From Octopus vulgaris (Eukaryota): 64,000 nucleotides of DNA. The stretch lies in NCBI GenBank assembly GCA_951406725.2, contig OX597817.1, positions 127,224,001-127,288,000 on the forward strand. The letters are read 5' to 3'. This document shows, piece by piece, positions 29,005 to 42,972 of the stretch (within the stretch, counting starts at the first letter, position 1; the number at the start of each line of letters is the position of its first letter). A program made the translations under genes and the position numbers. The notes under the pieces were generated by a model. The model did not search any database, was not told the DNA's origin, and was given only the letters and a program-made list of their open reading frames with translations.

Positions 29005-30269
29005 CTAGTACTAGAGGAAAATACCTCTAGATTCGACAATAAAACATATCGACAGATAAAAAGGTACGACTGTGGGTACGCGGTTTTCACCCTCATCTGA
29101 AAACTTAGTTATGGGATACTTGGAAGAAAAACTTTATGAGGAAGTAGAAAAAGCTTCAAGAAATATATCATTAAAAAGTGGAAACGCTTCCTTGATGATT
29201 GCTTCATCTCCTGGGACAAATCGAATGAAGATGTAACTATATTTAACAATATACTAAACACGCATCACTCATCCATCAAATTCACAACAGAATCCAGTTG
29301 CAATGAACTACCATTCCTGGATTTCCACATAAAAATGCAGAACTCCACAGTCACAGCAGACATATTTTACAAAAAACTGACACACACCAATATTTAAGTT
29401 TCTACTCTTGCCATTCATCACATATCAAAACAAGCAGCCCATACAGCATGGCAAGAGGCATGTGTGCTACAGTGACTGACACTAAAATACGTGAAATCCG
29501 ACTCAAGGAACTCAAAGGCTTCCTCACAATGCAGAAATAGCCCCTTAGAATTAATTAAAGAGGAGATTAAAAAGGCGATGAAACTGAAGATCATCCAACT
29601 ACGAACACCTAAGGAAAAAGTTAATGAAAACACGATTCCGTTCATTAACACTCACAGTCCTGAAATAACCAGCATCTTTCACTCCATAAAATCGAACTTA
29701 TCTATATTCTTACAATGTCCCAATATGACAACTCTGATTGGAAAAAAAACTCCTACGGAATTGCAGACACCAACCAAAACAAGCTTAACACCTCATAAGA
29801 GTAGAATTCAAATCAGAGAATGAATCAGTATACTTAGTAAAAGAATGTGATAGGATATGTGGAACATGCAACAACATCAACAACTTCAAATATTTGGAAA
29901 GTGGTTCCCATATTAAATTCAAGAGCGGATCCCTTTTTCAAAATAAATGCAGTTATGAACTGCAAAACGCAAAACATCATATACTGCATTACCTGCCCAA
30001 ACTGCAAAGAAAATTACATTGGCGAAACAGACAATTCCCTCTACCAGCGTGCAAGAATCCACAGGCAACATATCCGACAAGAAAAATTACGCAAGATTCC
30101 ATTGAGTAAGCATCTGGAAATATGCAGCGAAGGAAAATTCAAAATTTTTCCCTTCTACAAATGTGCACGAGACGATCCGCAATATCGAAAAGCAATGGAA
30201 CTACGTTTCATGAAAAAATTCTCTTCAAAATTGAAAGAAAATCAGAGAGTACATTTTGTGTTATACTAA
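29005..30269 (+). pseudogene. Penelope-like retroelement remnant (RT plus Cys linker plus GIY-YIG endonuclease)
   Basis: RT motifs GTTVGTRFSPSSENLVMGYLEE, WKRFLDDCF, IKFTTE...LPFLD and TDIFYK..THQYLSFYSCH. Linker CDRICGTC. ORF 29847-30269 contains NIIYCITCPNCKENYIGET...R...HR (GIY-YIG). Frameshifted. Confidence 0.92.
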
Positions 30270-30345
30270 TGTTCTCTAATGCAAAAACATGGAACTGAAA
30301 ACATGGATCGAAGTTACACGTATGAACATGAAAATGTTCCCAACT

Positions 30346-30376
<31 letters not shown>

Positions 30377-31843
30377 GAGGAACATTCACATACACACACA
30401 CACACTTCATCAATGGATTTTCCCTAAAATTGAATGTTTGAAGGTGAAGTGGAGAATTTAAATTATTTATTACAAATGTGGCTCATCTCTGCAAATATTC
30501 AGATATATATGTGTAGCATTGGGATGTTCTAGCTTTACGTATATGTATGCCTATATGTGTGTATATATATATGTATATATATATATATGTCTATATGTGT
30601 GTATATATATGTGTGTATGTGTGTGGGTGTGTGTATATGTATGTGTATATATATATATATATATATATGTGTCTGTATGTATTTCTATATACATGTTTGT
30701 ATGTATGTATGTGTATGTATGTATGTATGTATGTATGTATATATAAATTCGTTTTATTTTATTTATTGATTTATGTTTCAAATTCTTAATTTGCATATGT
30801 TATACTAATCTATTTTCATGCAGAACTACATTTTATCAAAAAAAATCTCTCCAAAAATGAATGTTAGGAAGGGGTATATTCTAAATATAACTCAAAGAGG
30901 AGAAAAAGAAAGAAAGGGCGAAAAGGAAGGAAAAAGAAAGGAGAAGGGAAAAGGGGAGAGAGAGAGAAAGCAAAATGATTTTCAGTGATGACCAAACCGC
31001 GCCTGTATTTTATTTTTATTTTGTTTTGAAGAGGTCACTACTTTTAAATCCATTCCAATACGATGGTAAAGGACTAAGTAAATAAACAAATGAATGAATG
31101 GGGAATAGGAAGGTGGATACTTCTTCTCTCTCTTTTTCCCTCTATCCATGTGTCTATCTGACTGACTATCTAGCTATCTATATATCTATCTACCTATCAG
31201 TCTATCTACCTATCAGTCTATCTACCTATATTTCTATCTATCCATCTTCATTGTCATGGAACTTCACCCAAAACAACAACAACAAAAATTTCTCTATTAA
31301 ACAACCCCACTCCCCCCAAAATCTGTTTTTGACATAAACGAACAAGCTGTTTGTACATTTACAAAATCTTATTTCAACGAAAACGGTAATAATAATGAAG
31401 AAATAAAAGGATTTTTTCCAAAATTCTGACTTTTTTCTCAATATTCAATTTCTGAGCATCACACCTAATACACAATACATATATATATATATATATATAT
31501 GTTTATATATATGTGAGTGTGTGTGTGTGTGCGTGTGTGTGTGTGTGTGTGTGTACTGAGTAACAGTACTTATTTTTTCTTGGCTGACAATCGAACTATT
31601 AAAGAACATCCGAATTGTTTCTATCAGTAATAAACGTACAAGAATCTAGTCAAACGAAATAGAAACAGAGAGGGCTGAGAAGTAGACCGCCTCACAAATT
31701 ATTATTCTCCGAGAACTTAGTTCCTTCCTAACACACATATGTAAGACATACAACATGCACTCAGAAAAAAATATTTATGTGTTATAAGGAAGCTACTTAT
31801 TAAAGGAGAAACTTTTGATGTAACAACATAAATCAATTATGTA

Positions 31844-32082
31844 TACTCTTTACTCTTTACTCTTTACTCTTTTACTTGTTTCAGTCATTTGACTGCGGCC
31901 ATGCTGGAGCACCACCTTTAATCGAGCAACTCGATCCCGGGACTTATTCTTTTGTAAGCCCAATACTTATTCTATCGGTCTCTTTTACCGAACCGTTTGG
32001 TAACGGGGAAATAAACACACCAGCATCGGTTGTCAAGCAATGCTAGGGGGACAAACACAGACACACACAAACACACACACGC

Positions 32083-32126
<44 letters not shown>

Positions 32127-32280
32127 GACGGGCTTCTTTCAGTTTCTGTCTACCAAATCCACTAACAAAGCTGTGGTCGGCCCGAGGCTATAGTAGAAGA
32201 CACTTGCCCAAGTTGGGACTGAACTCGGAACCATGTGGTTGGTAAACAAGCTACTTACCACATAGCCACTCCTGCGCCTA
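31844..32280 (-). mobile_element. SINE family A, near full length
   Basis: Highly similar to 8354-8770. Confidence 0.9.
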
Positions 32281-32515
32281 TCTTTAATGAACATCTTATG
32301 TATCTAATTCTATACGAAATGTTGTCGTTAAGTCTTTGACATTTTAAGCATGCTGTTTCGGTCTTCCTCGTGTGATACAAGTAGATTATGTCTAACAGTT
32401 TGTTTTACGTTGAATTACACACAACACAATAATACCTTAAATAGAAGTAGCATCACACATAGTGAAGGAGATAACCACCATTGATATCAGCTGGTACGTC
32501 CAATCCAGAGAATTA

Positions 32516-32830
32516 TCAGGTCATCCCATAAGTTCTGTCCAAGTTTCCCTATTTTAAAATTGAATGAAATTTAATAGTATTTTAGAATGTTTAAAACCCT
32601 TTCTAACATGGAAATATCATCAAAGAGCATTTAAGGCACATAATTAATTATGAGTACAAAATAGGAAACTCTGCAGCCGAAGCGACTCGAAACATACATT
32701 CAGTTTATGGGAAAGAATGCTTGAATGAAAGAACATGCAGAAGATGGTTTGCAAAATTCAGAAGTGGAGATTTCAGCCTTGAAGATGAATAGATCGAACA
32801 GGACATCCAGTTGAGTTTGATGATAAGCGC
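32516..32830 (+). mobile_element. 5' fragment of a mariner element
   Basis: TA|TCAGGTCATCCCATAAGTT is a TIR-like start. Translation gives KEHLRHIINYEYKIGNSAAEATRNIHSVYGKECLNERTCRRWFAKFRSGDFSLEDE, a mariner HTH. Confidence 0.9.
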
Positions 32831-33549
32831 CCGAGACATGTATGCATGTATGTGTGAATTTATGTATATGACTTTGATAGGATCTTCTATCAGCTCCAGT
32901 TAAGGTGTATCATTAACTTCAAGCAAATACAGAAAATTTGTGTTGAACAAGGATAGACTTCAAGCATTAACTTCAAGCAAATAAACTGAAACTGTTTCAC
33001 AGAAAATTTGTGTTGAACAAGGATAGCCTAAATATTTTTATTGCTTGATCTTACGAGCTTTCTATATATCACCGACATAAAATGCAACGTAATTATTACA
33101 CCTATATACGAACAAACCAGATTCTCATGACAGCTTGTATCTCAAACTTAGAAAGAAAATTAGCGGAGCAAAAACAAATGCATTTAAAGGATCAGAAAAC
33201 TGATTTGTACTGAGATTTCTAATTACATTTAGTTATATTATAGTAACAAACATCTTGGCAAATACATTGCTATCTTGATGGAGTGAATTTTAGAGGCACG
33301 AATCTAATAAACTATGTGCAACACTTCCATCACTCTCTCCCTCTCTTCCCCTCTCTGTCTCTGTCTCTGCTTCTCTCTCTCTCTCTTTCTCTCTTTTGGC
33401 TTCTTAATTAACCCTCTGTATATCGACGATGTAGGTCTCATGCAAATATTTAAGTAGGAATGAGCATTGTATATACAGATGACCGTGCTTGTGCATATAT
33501 GTACATATACGCACACATATATATGTTTATATTTCCGTACACACACACT

Positions 33550-33612
<63 letters not shown>

Positions 33613-33743
33613 GTATGTGTGTGTGCTTTATTTTAAAGCAGTAGAAATAAATAAAACATATTACTATACCTCTGGTAGTTGAGTAGTTTTTTTCGACCTT
33701 GTTTCACATCTATGTGCATACTCCGGTATACATACATACATAA

Positions 33744-33790
<47 letters not shown>

Positions 33791-33794
<4 letters not shown>

Positions 33795-34033
33795 CATCCA
33801 GAACCACGCTTAAAGCTTAAGAGTGAAATTTAGGACTTCTTAGTTCTTAGTTTGCTGTAAATCAATTTTGATAAAACTCTTTCCAGCTGGTTTGCACACT
33901 ATGGCAACGCCATTGTTATGTTTCCATTACGCTGTGTAACGTCCTTTCTTCAGTTTCAGATTCGTCGACTCACAGAAAACCGAGAAATCTTAAATTTCAG
34001 TCCTAAGCTATTGAGTGTGGCTCTGGCCGGGTG
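33791..34033. mobile_element. ~240-bp MITE with ~50-bp imperfect TIRs inserted in (TA)n
   Basis: Left CATCCATCCAGAACCACGCTTAAAGCTTAAGAGTGAAATTTAGGACTTCT versus the reverse complement of the right end, CACCCGGCCAGAGCCACACTCAATAGCTTAGGACTGAAATTTAAGATTTCT. Confidence 0.75.
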
Positions 34034-34062
34034 CATATATATAAATATATATATATAAATAT

Positions 34063-34111
<49 letters not shown>

Positions 34112-36232
34112 GGTAAACAGCAATGTACAGGAATAAGTATATTAAGGCCAAGTTATCAGAAGAGTGAGATGAAGATAGACAAAAACTAGAAGAGCAGTAC
34201 AATGACTGAACAAGTGAAATTAGATAATTAGTTAGAAATACATAAATAAATACACTCACAGAAACCTTGGCACCTACTCATAATGGTATTATATATAGGC
34301 TTTTTTTAATCCAACGGAACGTGTACGACCTTAATTAAAACGCAAATATCAAGCACTCACAAGTACGTCTACGTATGTGTGCGTGTGAGTGCGTGCGCGT
34401 GTGAAAGAGCATGGTTTTGTGCTTAGCGTGTTTCAGTGATAATCGTATGGTTGTAGTATCGATTCCTATACTGGGTGTTGCCTTGTGCCTTTGGACAAAA
34501 TGGTTCATTTCCCGTTAACTCAGTCCATTCAGTTGACCAAAACGAGTTAGTGTGAGCCGAGTCAGCGTCCCGTTAAACAGCAAAGATATACGCCATAGTT
34601 ACCTGTGGCTTAGCAAGGAGCGTCGCCCTCCCTTTGAGAATAATAAATCGAGATGAGTAGGAAATATGTTATATTTTCTTCATCAAAGTATCAGTTTCTA
34701 ATGACAATAGTATATCTCAGAAAGAAAAGAAGCATTTTATCCTAATATAAAAAGCTGACTTTAGAGATAATTAGAATGAAGGGACTAAAACGGTAATAAT
34801 TCAGTGAGAATAAATATAAGACACGCTGATGAACAAACAGTTAAGCACACTCTGGGTATTACCAATATTTACAATGTATAGAATATAACACTGTTTAGCA
34901 TTGCTTACATTTAGCTCAGACAATTTTCAGTAGAAAAGAAAAAAATGGTAAAACTATCCATGGCACGTATCCAAAGCACACATAGCTGGGCACGGATGTC
35001 TAGTCAATGCACACACCAACAAATAAACTAATGAAATAATCCTTTTAAGAAAATTAGATATTCTTTTATCTAAATGTTTGTTACGTCATTCTCCGATATT
35101 ATTTCCTGTATATGTGCTTTACTGACTGCTTTTTTGTCCAAGTTGCTGGAGCGTACGAGGAAGAACTTATTTACAATTATGTAACAGTCGTAACAGAGAT
35201 GTTTTGATTAGCACAGTGTCACTCCTAATCGACCATAATGTCTTTTGGGATAGTCTCTTTAATTTCATTACCTTAAGCGTGTATTTCACCCTTATATAAG
35301 GGACATACTTGCTATTTCTAGTGTCACCTTCTTTGCTGCAACGTGTGTTGTTGATAGGTCTTCCGTATTCTGTAGCTACCGCACGATGATAGTTGGTAAA
35401 GCAATCGCAAAGTTCATGAACAGTTATCTCAATATCACGAGCGCTTTATTACTTTGTGTATACGCTCTGCCTAAGTGGGGAAAGAAAGACTTAATTATCT
35501 TCGCCTGCTAGAAGAGTTTATCTGCATTCTCTTGTCAAACACGAATATTTAGTTGTCAACAGCTATGGTAATCTTGGAATTTTCCTCAGTTATTGTTTCA
35601 AAGCGATATGTTGAAATAGACTAGTTGACTTTGAATGAGAATGAGGCTGCATGCCATACCTTGACAGGAATCTAATTAGACAAATCGTGGTCATCCTAGG
35701 TCACAATGGGTTCAGCCAACATGTTAGTTATGCATTCCTGCATAGCAAGTCCTACCTGGTCATAACATTGTAACTGTCAACTCTTTTGAAAGACGAGTCT
35801 TGCCTTGAGATACACGTGCGTATCCTAGTTAGAGACTTCATGCAAAATATATATAAAAACAAAACAGAAAATGCATTTAGCCAGTTCAATATTCTTGTGT
35901 CAATTTTTGTTCTATTTTAACAAAACTGTCCGACGAACGGGAACGTGAAACTCTGAGTAACAGCTTTTGTTATATTTCTGCTGCTTTTAAATAGAGAATA
36001 TATTATGGGTAAGTAACGCCTTGTAAGCCACACTATAATTTGCTAAGAAAATTCATCTCCACGCAGACTATGCCTCACCCTTTCCATGCCTTTGTTTTCA
36101 TTCATTGAATCTTTCTCCTATAGCAAACGAGATGCTGCAATGCTTTTCATTATAGATCTTCTCGATCAGTGTTAACCAGATCATAAACAATATGTGTATA
36201 CAAATATACATACACACACATATATATATATA

Positions 36233-37089
36233 CGAGATGGTATCAGAAAGTTCCTGGACTAGTTCTGTAGCGCACCAACAGATAACAGCACACGGTTGCA
36301 TGCATACTAAGAAATAACAGTGACCTTCATGAGGCAGTGTGCCGAGTTTAATTGCTGCTTTTACTTCGCATATTGTGAAACTTTTGTTTTTGTTAAGCTG
36401 CAGTTTGGGATTTTGTCATAGACAGGAAGCTGGAACAAAGAAACAATGTAAAATTTTGCGTTAAACTTGGGAATTCTGCTACAGAGACATTGAGCGACAT
36501 GGCAATGGGTCGTACGCAATCTTTCGAGTGGCACAGGTGCACAACGGAGCCGCAGATCAGTCAAGAGCTTGATCATCGTTTTATCGTTGTCATCGACATC
36601 CGCGGTATTGTTCATCGGGGATTCGTTCCCCAAGGACAGATCGCCAATCGGGAGTCCTACTGCGACGTTTTGAAACGTTTGAAGGAGGATATTCGGTGAA
36701 AGCCACTGGATCTGTTGAGCGCGAAGAGTTGAACTGTCACCAAGCTCTCCTCACTTGTGAGTTTCACGCCGAAATAAACATGGTTTCGCTCCGCACACGC
36801 CATCTTCGCCAGATGTAGTACCTGCAATCTTTTATCTCATCCTCAAGATGAAAGTTCTGCTCAAGGGTTGCCATTTTAACACCGTTATCGAGAACCAGTG
36901 CGAATCAAAGAACATCGTCGACTCGCTTACGGAAAACTACTTTCAGGCCGGATTCCAAAAGTGGAAAGAACTCTGGGATCGGTATTGCTGCGCAAGTTTA
37001 CTATTTAGAAGGAAATGATGTGAAAACTTAAGTAAATAAGTTATTTTTTATTAAGCATAACCACTCCGGGCAATGTTGATACTACTTCC
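36233..37089 (+). mobile_element. internally deleted mariner element
   Basis: Left TIR TA|CGAGATGGTATCAGAAAGTTCCTGGACT with a degenerate right TIR. Fragments include EQRNNVKFCVKLGNSATET, DIRGIVHRGFVPQGQ..N..YCDVLKRL and SPDVVPA. Confidence 0.88.
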
Positions 37090-37681
37090 TAAGTAGGTAG
37101 AATATGTGTGTTGATGCATATATATATATACATAGATGTGTGTGTGTGTGAGTGTAAGTATATATCATTGTATGTATGTGTGTAAACGAATGGTTTTAAG
37201 AATTCTACTAATCAGATCTATTTGTAAAGACCTAAATATCACGAATACATCATTTTCTAATCTTTTATCTAATATTCCAATTCATTCCATTAACGAACAA
37301 AATATTTGTCATCAAACATCTACATCTAATTTATGTGACAGTTACATAAAATTCTCTAGTGTCTGCATCTGTTTCTACCCCCAAACAACTACTTGAGAAT
37401 ATATGAATTAATATCATTTACAGTTCTATTGCGTCTTTTATATAACAAATAATAAAACTCTTTCTATTGTTGTACACTGTTTATGAGATACTCTCAATCA
37501 AATATTTAAACAGTTCGCAACGCAACAATTTTCCTTATATCTTTATTGATAAACCGACGGAATAAATATTCAACAGGTATGTAGAAATGCTTTAGTTGCT
37601 TCCAGTTATGACAGTATTTTTGTGTCATCAGTAACTCTTCTTGTAAATAAGTATTGTATAAATTTCTTTTCTTCTTTTTTA

Positions 37682-37714
<33 letters not shown>

Positions 37715-37749
37715 TGCCATCATGATAATAATTATTATTAACATTATCG

Positions 37750-37915
37750 TGAAGGCAGTGATCTGGCAGAATCGGTGGTTCAAATACCCACGACCTTGAC
37801 TTCCCGTTTCATCCTTTTGGGGGTTAAGTACTGGTGTTATTATATCGTAAAAGCCCACTTCCTCCAAAGTTTCTGGTCATGTGCCTATAGCTGAAAGGAT
37901 TACTATTATTATTAC
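37750..37915 (+). mobile_element. degenerate SINE family C copy
   Basis: GAAGGCAGTGATCTGGCAGAATCG...TTTCATCCTTTTGGGGGTTAAGTACTGG, followed by (TAG)n. Confidence 0.55.
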
Positions 37916-37918
37916 TTT

Positions 37919-37981
<63 letters not shown>

Positions 37982-40900
37982 ATTCGTCTATTCGGTTGTA
38001 ATGTTTCATATTTCTCGGATGCGAAGCCATTTCCTTTGACTGCGGAAGAATAGGTACTATATTTTCATTTAAATTATAAGGGCTCATTATTGTTAAACCC
38101 AAGAGAAAATACGAGGACATATACGTTCTTTAAAATTTCAAAGCAAATGCGAAAACCCTCCTAGTGTGAGACATTGCGTTAACTGCTGTACCTTTTCAAC
38201 AATACTGACATTTTTTTATCAGGGTCCAGAAAGTTAGCCAGTCGTTACTTTCAGCTGCAAACATTTCTGAAATGGATGCTGCTTCACTGCTGCTCGACTC
38301 AGGCTAAGCAAAAGATATGAATAGCTCTTAGTTGTCAAAGATCGGTGTGAGTGGCTTCCGGGAATCTTCGTTAAAAGATGGCTTCCGAAAATATATCTGG
38401 AGACCTAAGATCATTAAACAAGTCACGTAAATTCGAAGCAGATCCTAGATCGAGTATATTTATATGTTCAAGCCCGAGTTTCGCCCTGCTAATCTGGAGA
38501 GCGCTGTCACTTAACAGGATCTATTGGGAGCGCTGATAAACCATTTATCACTTTGTCATGCGATGCCTGCAAAGTTTCCTTCAAAATAATTTTGTCGAGG
38601 GAACTGCTGATATCACAAGGGCATTTTGAAGGGGGGGGGGGTGATGAAAAAATAACGAAATTTTTACTTCGTGTTTGTTTTGTGAAACTTGGGAAGAAAG
38701 TTTCCTAAACCTTACCTCATTTATTTTTATTTTTTGTAGTGTAATAGCCTAAATTTGGATAACTCACATTCGTTTTGAGGCTGATTTTTCTGTGTTTCCA
38801 TATTGTCTTCATACTGTTATTGCCTGCAGATCCCCTTTCTAATTCTATTCTGCTCGCTGTAATGATTGTATTCCAATATCGTAGCATTTTATTGCTTTGT
38901 TTCCAGCTTTGAATGTTATTTTATTTGAATGGTAATGGTTTAGACGGTGATGTATGATAGGTCTCTGGACCTTCTGGTGCCCCATTAGCCAAAAGAATTT
39001 GAAGGTAGGGTGGTGGTTTTAATTACCGCTTTCTTTACCATACTCGAAGTAATGATCTCTGGAACGGACTGAAACAGGGGGCTGAGGTATGTTTGCCACG
39101 TAACTACCTGCATGTGTCTGATTGCTCGTTGGTGATTTATTGGAAGAGGAAGGGATTATTTTGATTGATGTGTTGACAGCAGTACTCTTTTGTGCTATGG
39201 CATAGGTTTCTGCTGTTAGAGATTTGGCGGATTTTAGTGATGGGCATTGTAGAGGCTGCTATTTTTGCTTTAACTATTGCTGTGGACATCTTTGATGATT
39301 TTACTTTGTGATCGTTTTTATATTTTTATTTTTTTTGTTGCTGTAGCAGTCGTTGCTCATATTTCTCAGGTTCAAAAACAAGGAATGTTTGTTTTTGAGA
39401 GAAATAGTAGTAGAGGTTTGATTGTATAAAATGTCCTTTGATTAGACATGTCTAGTATTTGTGACCCAATATTTGAGGATTCTTAATGAATAGAATTATA
39501 TTAATTTTTCTACTACCTGATTGGAAAACGAAGATTGTTGGGCATAAAAAAAACTATAATCTAATTAAGCTAATTGTCCATATATACGATATGAAAATAT
39601 AGGATATCGTTGAAGAACTTACGGAATGAATAAATAATAACGTATCAGATTTCAGTTGCTTCAAATCTGAAAGTTTCCTTAAATATTTTAATAATATTTT
39701 AGGCTGAAAATATTAACTTTCATGATTTTTAATCCTCCGTTTGAGGTTCATACACAAAGACAGAGATCCAGATAGTTGAGACAATACAAATAAAAGTTGA
39801 GTTGTTAATATTATTTCAAATATTCAGGTTTTTCTGTCTAATGATGCACTAAAATCTACGATAATTGTTTCAGATAAAAATGTTATTCAATTTACCAAAA
39901 TACAAAGCAAAAGTCCAAATAACGACTCTTCTGCTGAAGTAGCAGTTTTTAGAAAATTAATAGTTAAGCTTCTCTCCTTTACAAGAACTCAATATAATTT
40001 GCCTTCTTTTTCCAATTACTTCAAAAGGGGTTTTAAGTTAATTATCAGTTTTCCTAAATTATCATTGTTAATTAGTAATTCCACCAGTCTAGAACTAATC
40101 AATAATACCTTACCACAATTAATCTATAATATCGAACGATTTTCATCTAATCTATGATAACTCGTTGCAGACGTCAACGTCGCATATAAATAACCACAAA
40201 TACACACATTAATACATACACTCACACATGTACATACATATGTACACAGACAGACAGACAGACAGAAACACACACACAACACAACAGGCACACACGGACA
40301 CACACAGGCGCGCATACAGCCACTAAACATATACAATCTCAAACGTACTCATCTAAACACATAGACACACGCAAACTTGGAAACTGACTAGGGTATGTAT
40401 AGTGTAGAAGTGTGTAACTATATTTAGAATGTGTATATGTAAATGTGTATGTATATATATAAATGCATGCATGCATGTGTGTGGGAAAGAGTTGATTTTG
40501 TAGTAGTGTATAAGGAAGAAGTTGGCGAATGTCACACCGAAAGCACAAGCACGCAAATAATATGCAACATTTACTTCTGAAGTATCTATGCTTTCGCCAT
40601 CAAGCTTTTAGCAATTCTGCTCACTCGCGAATAACTTTTTTCTAGTGATTTTGTGTGATAACTGAATGTTTATTCCAGTATAGATGGAATACATATTATT
40701 TCTACGCGCTCGGTAATGTGGTCATACCGAGATTTATCAAGTTCAATGAACAGCAAATTATCCGAATGCATGTATGGGTGAGACATGTTCTGATCTTTGT
40801 TCAGTATGCATATTTTATTTTCCATATTTCAGACATTAATTCGATTTTTAAAATATCGTCTAACCTTAGAACTTCTTGAGAAGAGCAGTTTAACATTTTC

Positions 40901-41694
40901 CAAATTGCCTTAACATATGAACGGATTTCTCAAATAACATGAGTTACAAGTGGATAATCTTTAACATTAAAATATAAGGCGCATTATATGTCTTTCCATA
41001 GGCGACAAGACACATGGACTTGAATATAAAACCAAGGCCGTCATCATTTTCCGGAGAATTAGTCATAAAATATAATTTCAGTTATATATTTTTTAAGATT
41101 CTACAAGTATAAAAGAATCCAAAATTAACTCAGAGAAACAAATATGGCTTATACGCACACACACGTACACACATGCACACGCATACACACACACATATAC
41201 ACACACACACTAACACTCACACATATGAATACATTTATTCTTTTTATGCGTTACAGTCACATGGCAATCGTCATGTTGGAAGAGCACTATAAATTTGTAA
41301 CCTTTGCATAGCACATTTTTGTTCTGAGTTGAGAGGAATTTCATATCACCACTCTTGCATATCATTTATGTATATATAACATTATATAACATTTCAGCAT
41401 AATTTGAGAGCAATTAATGTTCATCAACCAATCAGCAATGATGGCTCACTATATTTTTCTACATACTCTAGGAGTAGAGTACCGACAGCACCATCGTTCT
41501 TAAATGTAAATCTTCAAATGCATTCATTAGTATATGGTATAGGTAAAAATGCGCTTTGATATAGGGTAGAGTATGGCCATACTAAAGTGAATCTATTGTT
41601 GGCTGTGCCGACTGTTAGGCAAGAACTTCTTTGTCTTCTTTCCCCACCAAGAGTGCCTCCATTTCCCGCCGCAAAACGTTCAGTAACCATATGC

Positions 41695-41930
41695 TGCTTT
41701 GTTTCAAGCAATGGTGGGGTACAAACACATACACACAAACATATATATATATATATATATATATATACAACGGGCTTCTTTCAGTTTTCATCTATCAAAT
41801 TCACTCACAAGGCGTTGGTCGGCCCGGGGTTATAGTAGAAGACATTCACCCAATGTGCCACACAGTGGGACCGAGCCCGGAACCATGTGGTTGTGAAGCA
41901 AGCTTCTTACCACACAGCCACTTCTGCACC

Positions 41931-41931
<1 letters not shown>
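41695..41931 (-). mobile_element. SINE family A, partial
   Basis: Matches the 5' half of 8354-8770. Confidence 0.8.
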
Positions 41932-41968
<37 letters not shown>

Positions 41969-42939
41969 CATAATAAATTGATCTGCGTAAAAAGGTCAAC
42001 GAAAAGAGTACTTCATCTAATGAAAGACCAATATTAATGTCTGCGTTTCACTCCACATATATTACACGCACTACTACTACTAGTTTCACGTACATGACTA
42101 GGAGATTCATCAGGCGCTGATTATTCCATGAAACCAAGAAATTTAAATAGAGGACCGGGCGAGAGGCGATGCTAAAGCAAACCATATTTAATGCTGAATA
42201 CCAGACTTAACCGATGCAGAGCTTTCAGATGAATTTACATCGGAAATAATCATTAAAAAATAATGTAAAATTGTAAAGTTATAAATTATCAAAATTATCA
42301 AAATTAAATTGAATTATATGAAAATACATATAGCTCTACAGATTATCCAAAGGCTATACAAATATATGCAAATACATAATATATATACAATACGTAAATT
42401 ATAGAAATACATAAAATACAAATAAATATACATAAATTGCATAAAAGTATGAATGGAAAAACTATGGTGTCTCTTATAAAGGTCTGTAATTACAATATAT
42501 AAAATTTACAAAAGGAATATGAAAGGATGCAAAAAATATATTGTAGATGTAAATATGAGATATGAATCGACACCATGAAAGAAGACGCTATATTTATATT
42601 CCTAGGAGGTATAAAGAAAGGTAGAAAAAGATGTCAATCAATCGGGAATCGGTGGCATCTTCCAAATTTTTAAAGATATATTTCAACGTGTTTTCGTCCA
42701 CTAAAAATCTCTGACCTCGAGTTCAATATCGAGTTCGGAGTCTCAGATCTAAATCAAACATGCACCCTTTCGACCAAACAAAGCATACATCTATTTAGAT
42801 CTATTCATGTATGGTGTAGACCTTTCTATTAATCTCCATTTGATTACGCTTTTTTCGGTTTCATAGCCCAAATGTGGCACGCCAATTTTGTGGTTTTGCT
42901 TTTCTCACTGTGGCGGAATGATGTCATGTGGTTGGAGTT

Positions 42940-42972
<33 letters not shown>

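Noticed and set aside
38212-38310. Candidate exon after a TTTTTTATCAG acceptor
   Set aside because: Short reading frames, no recognisable domain and no convincing donor or partner exons.
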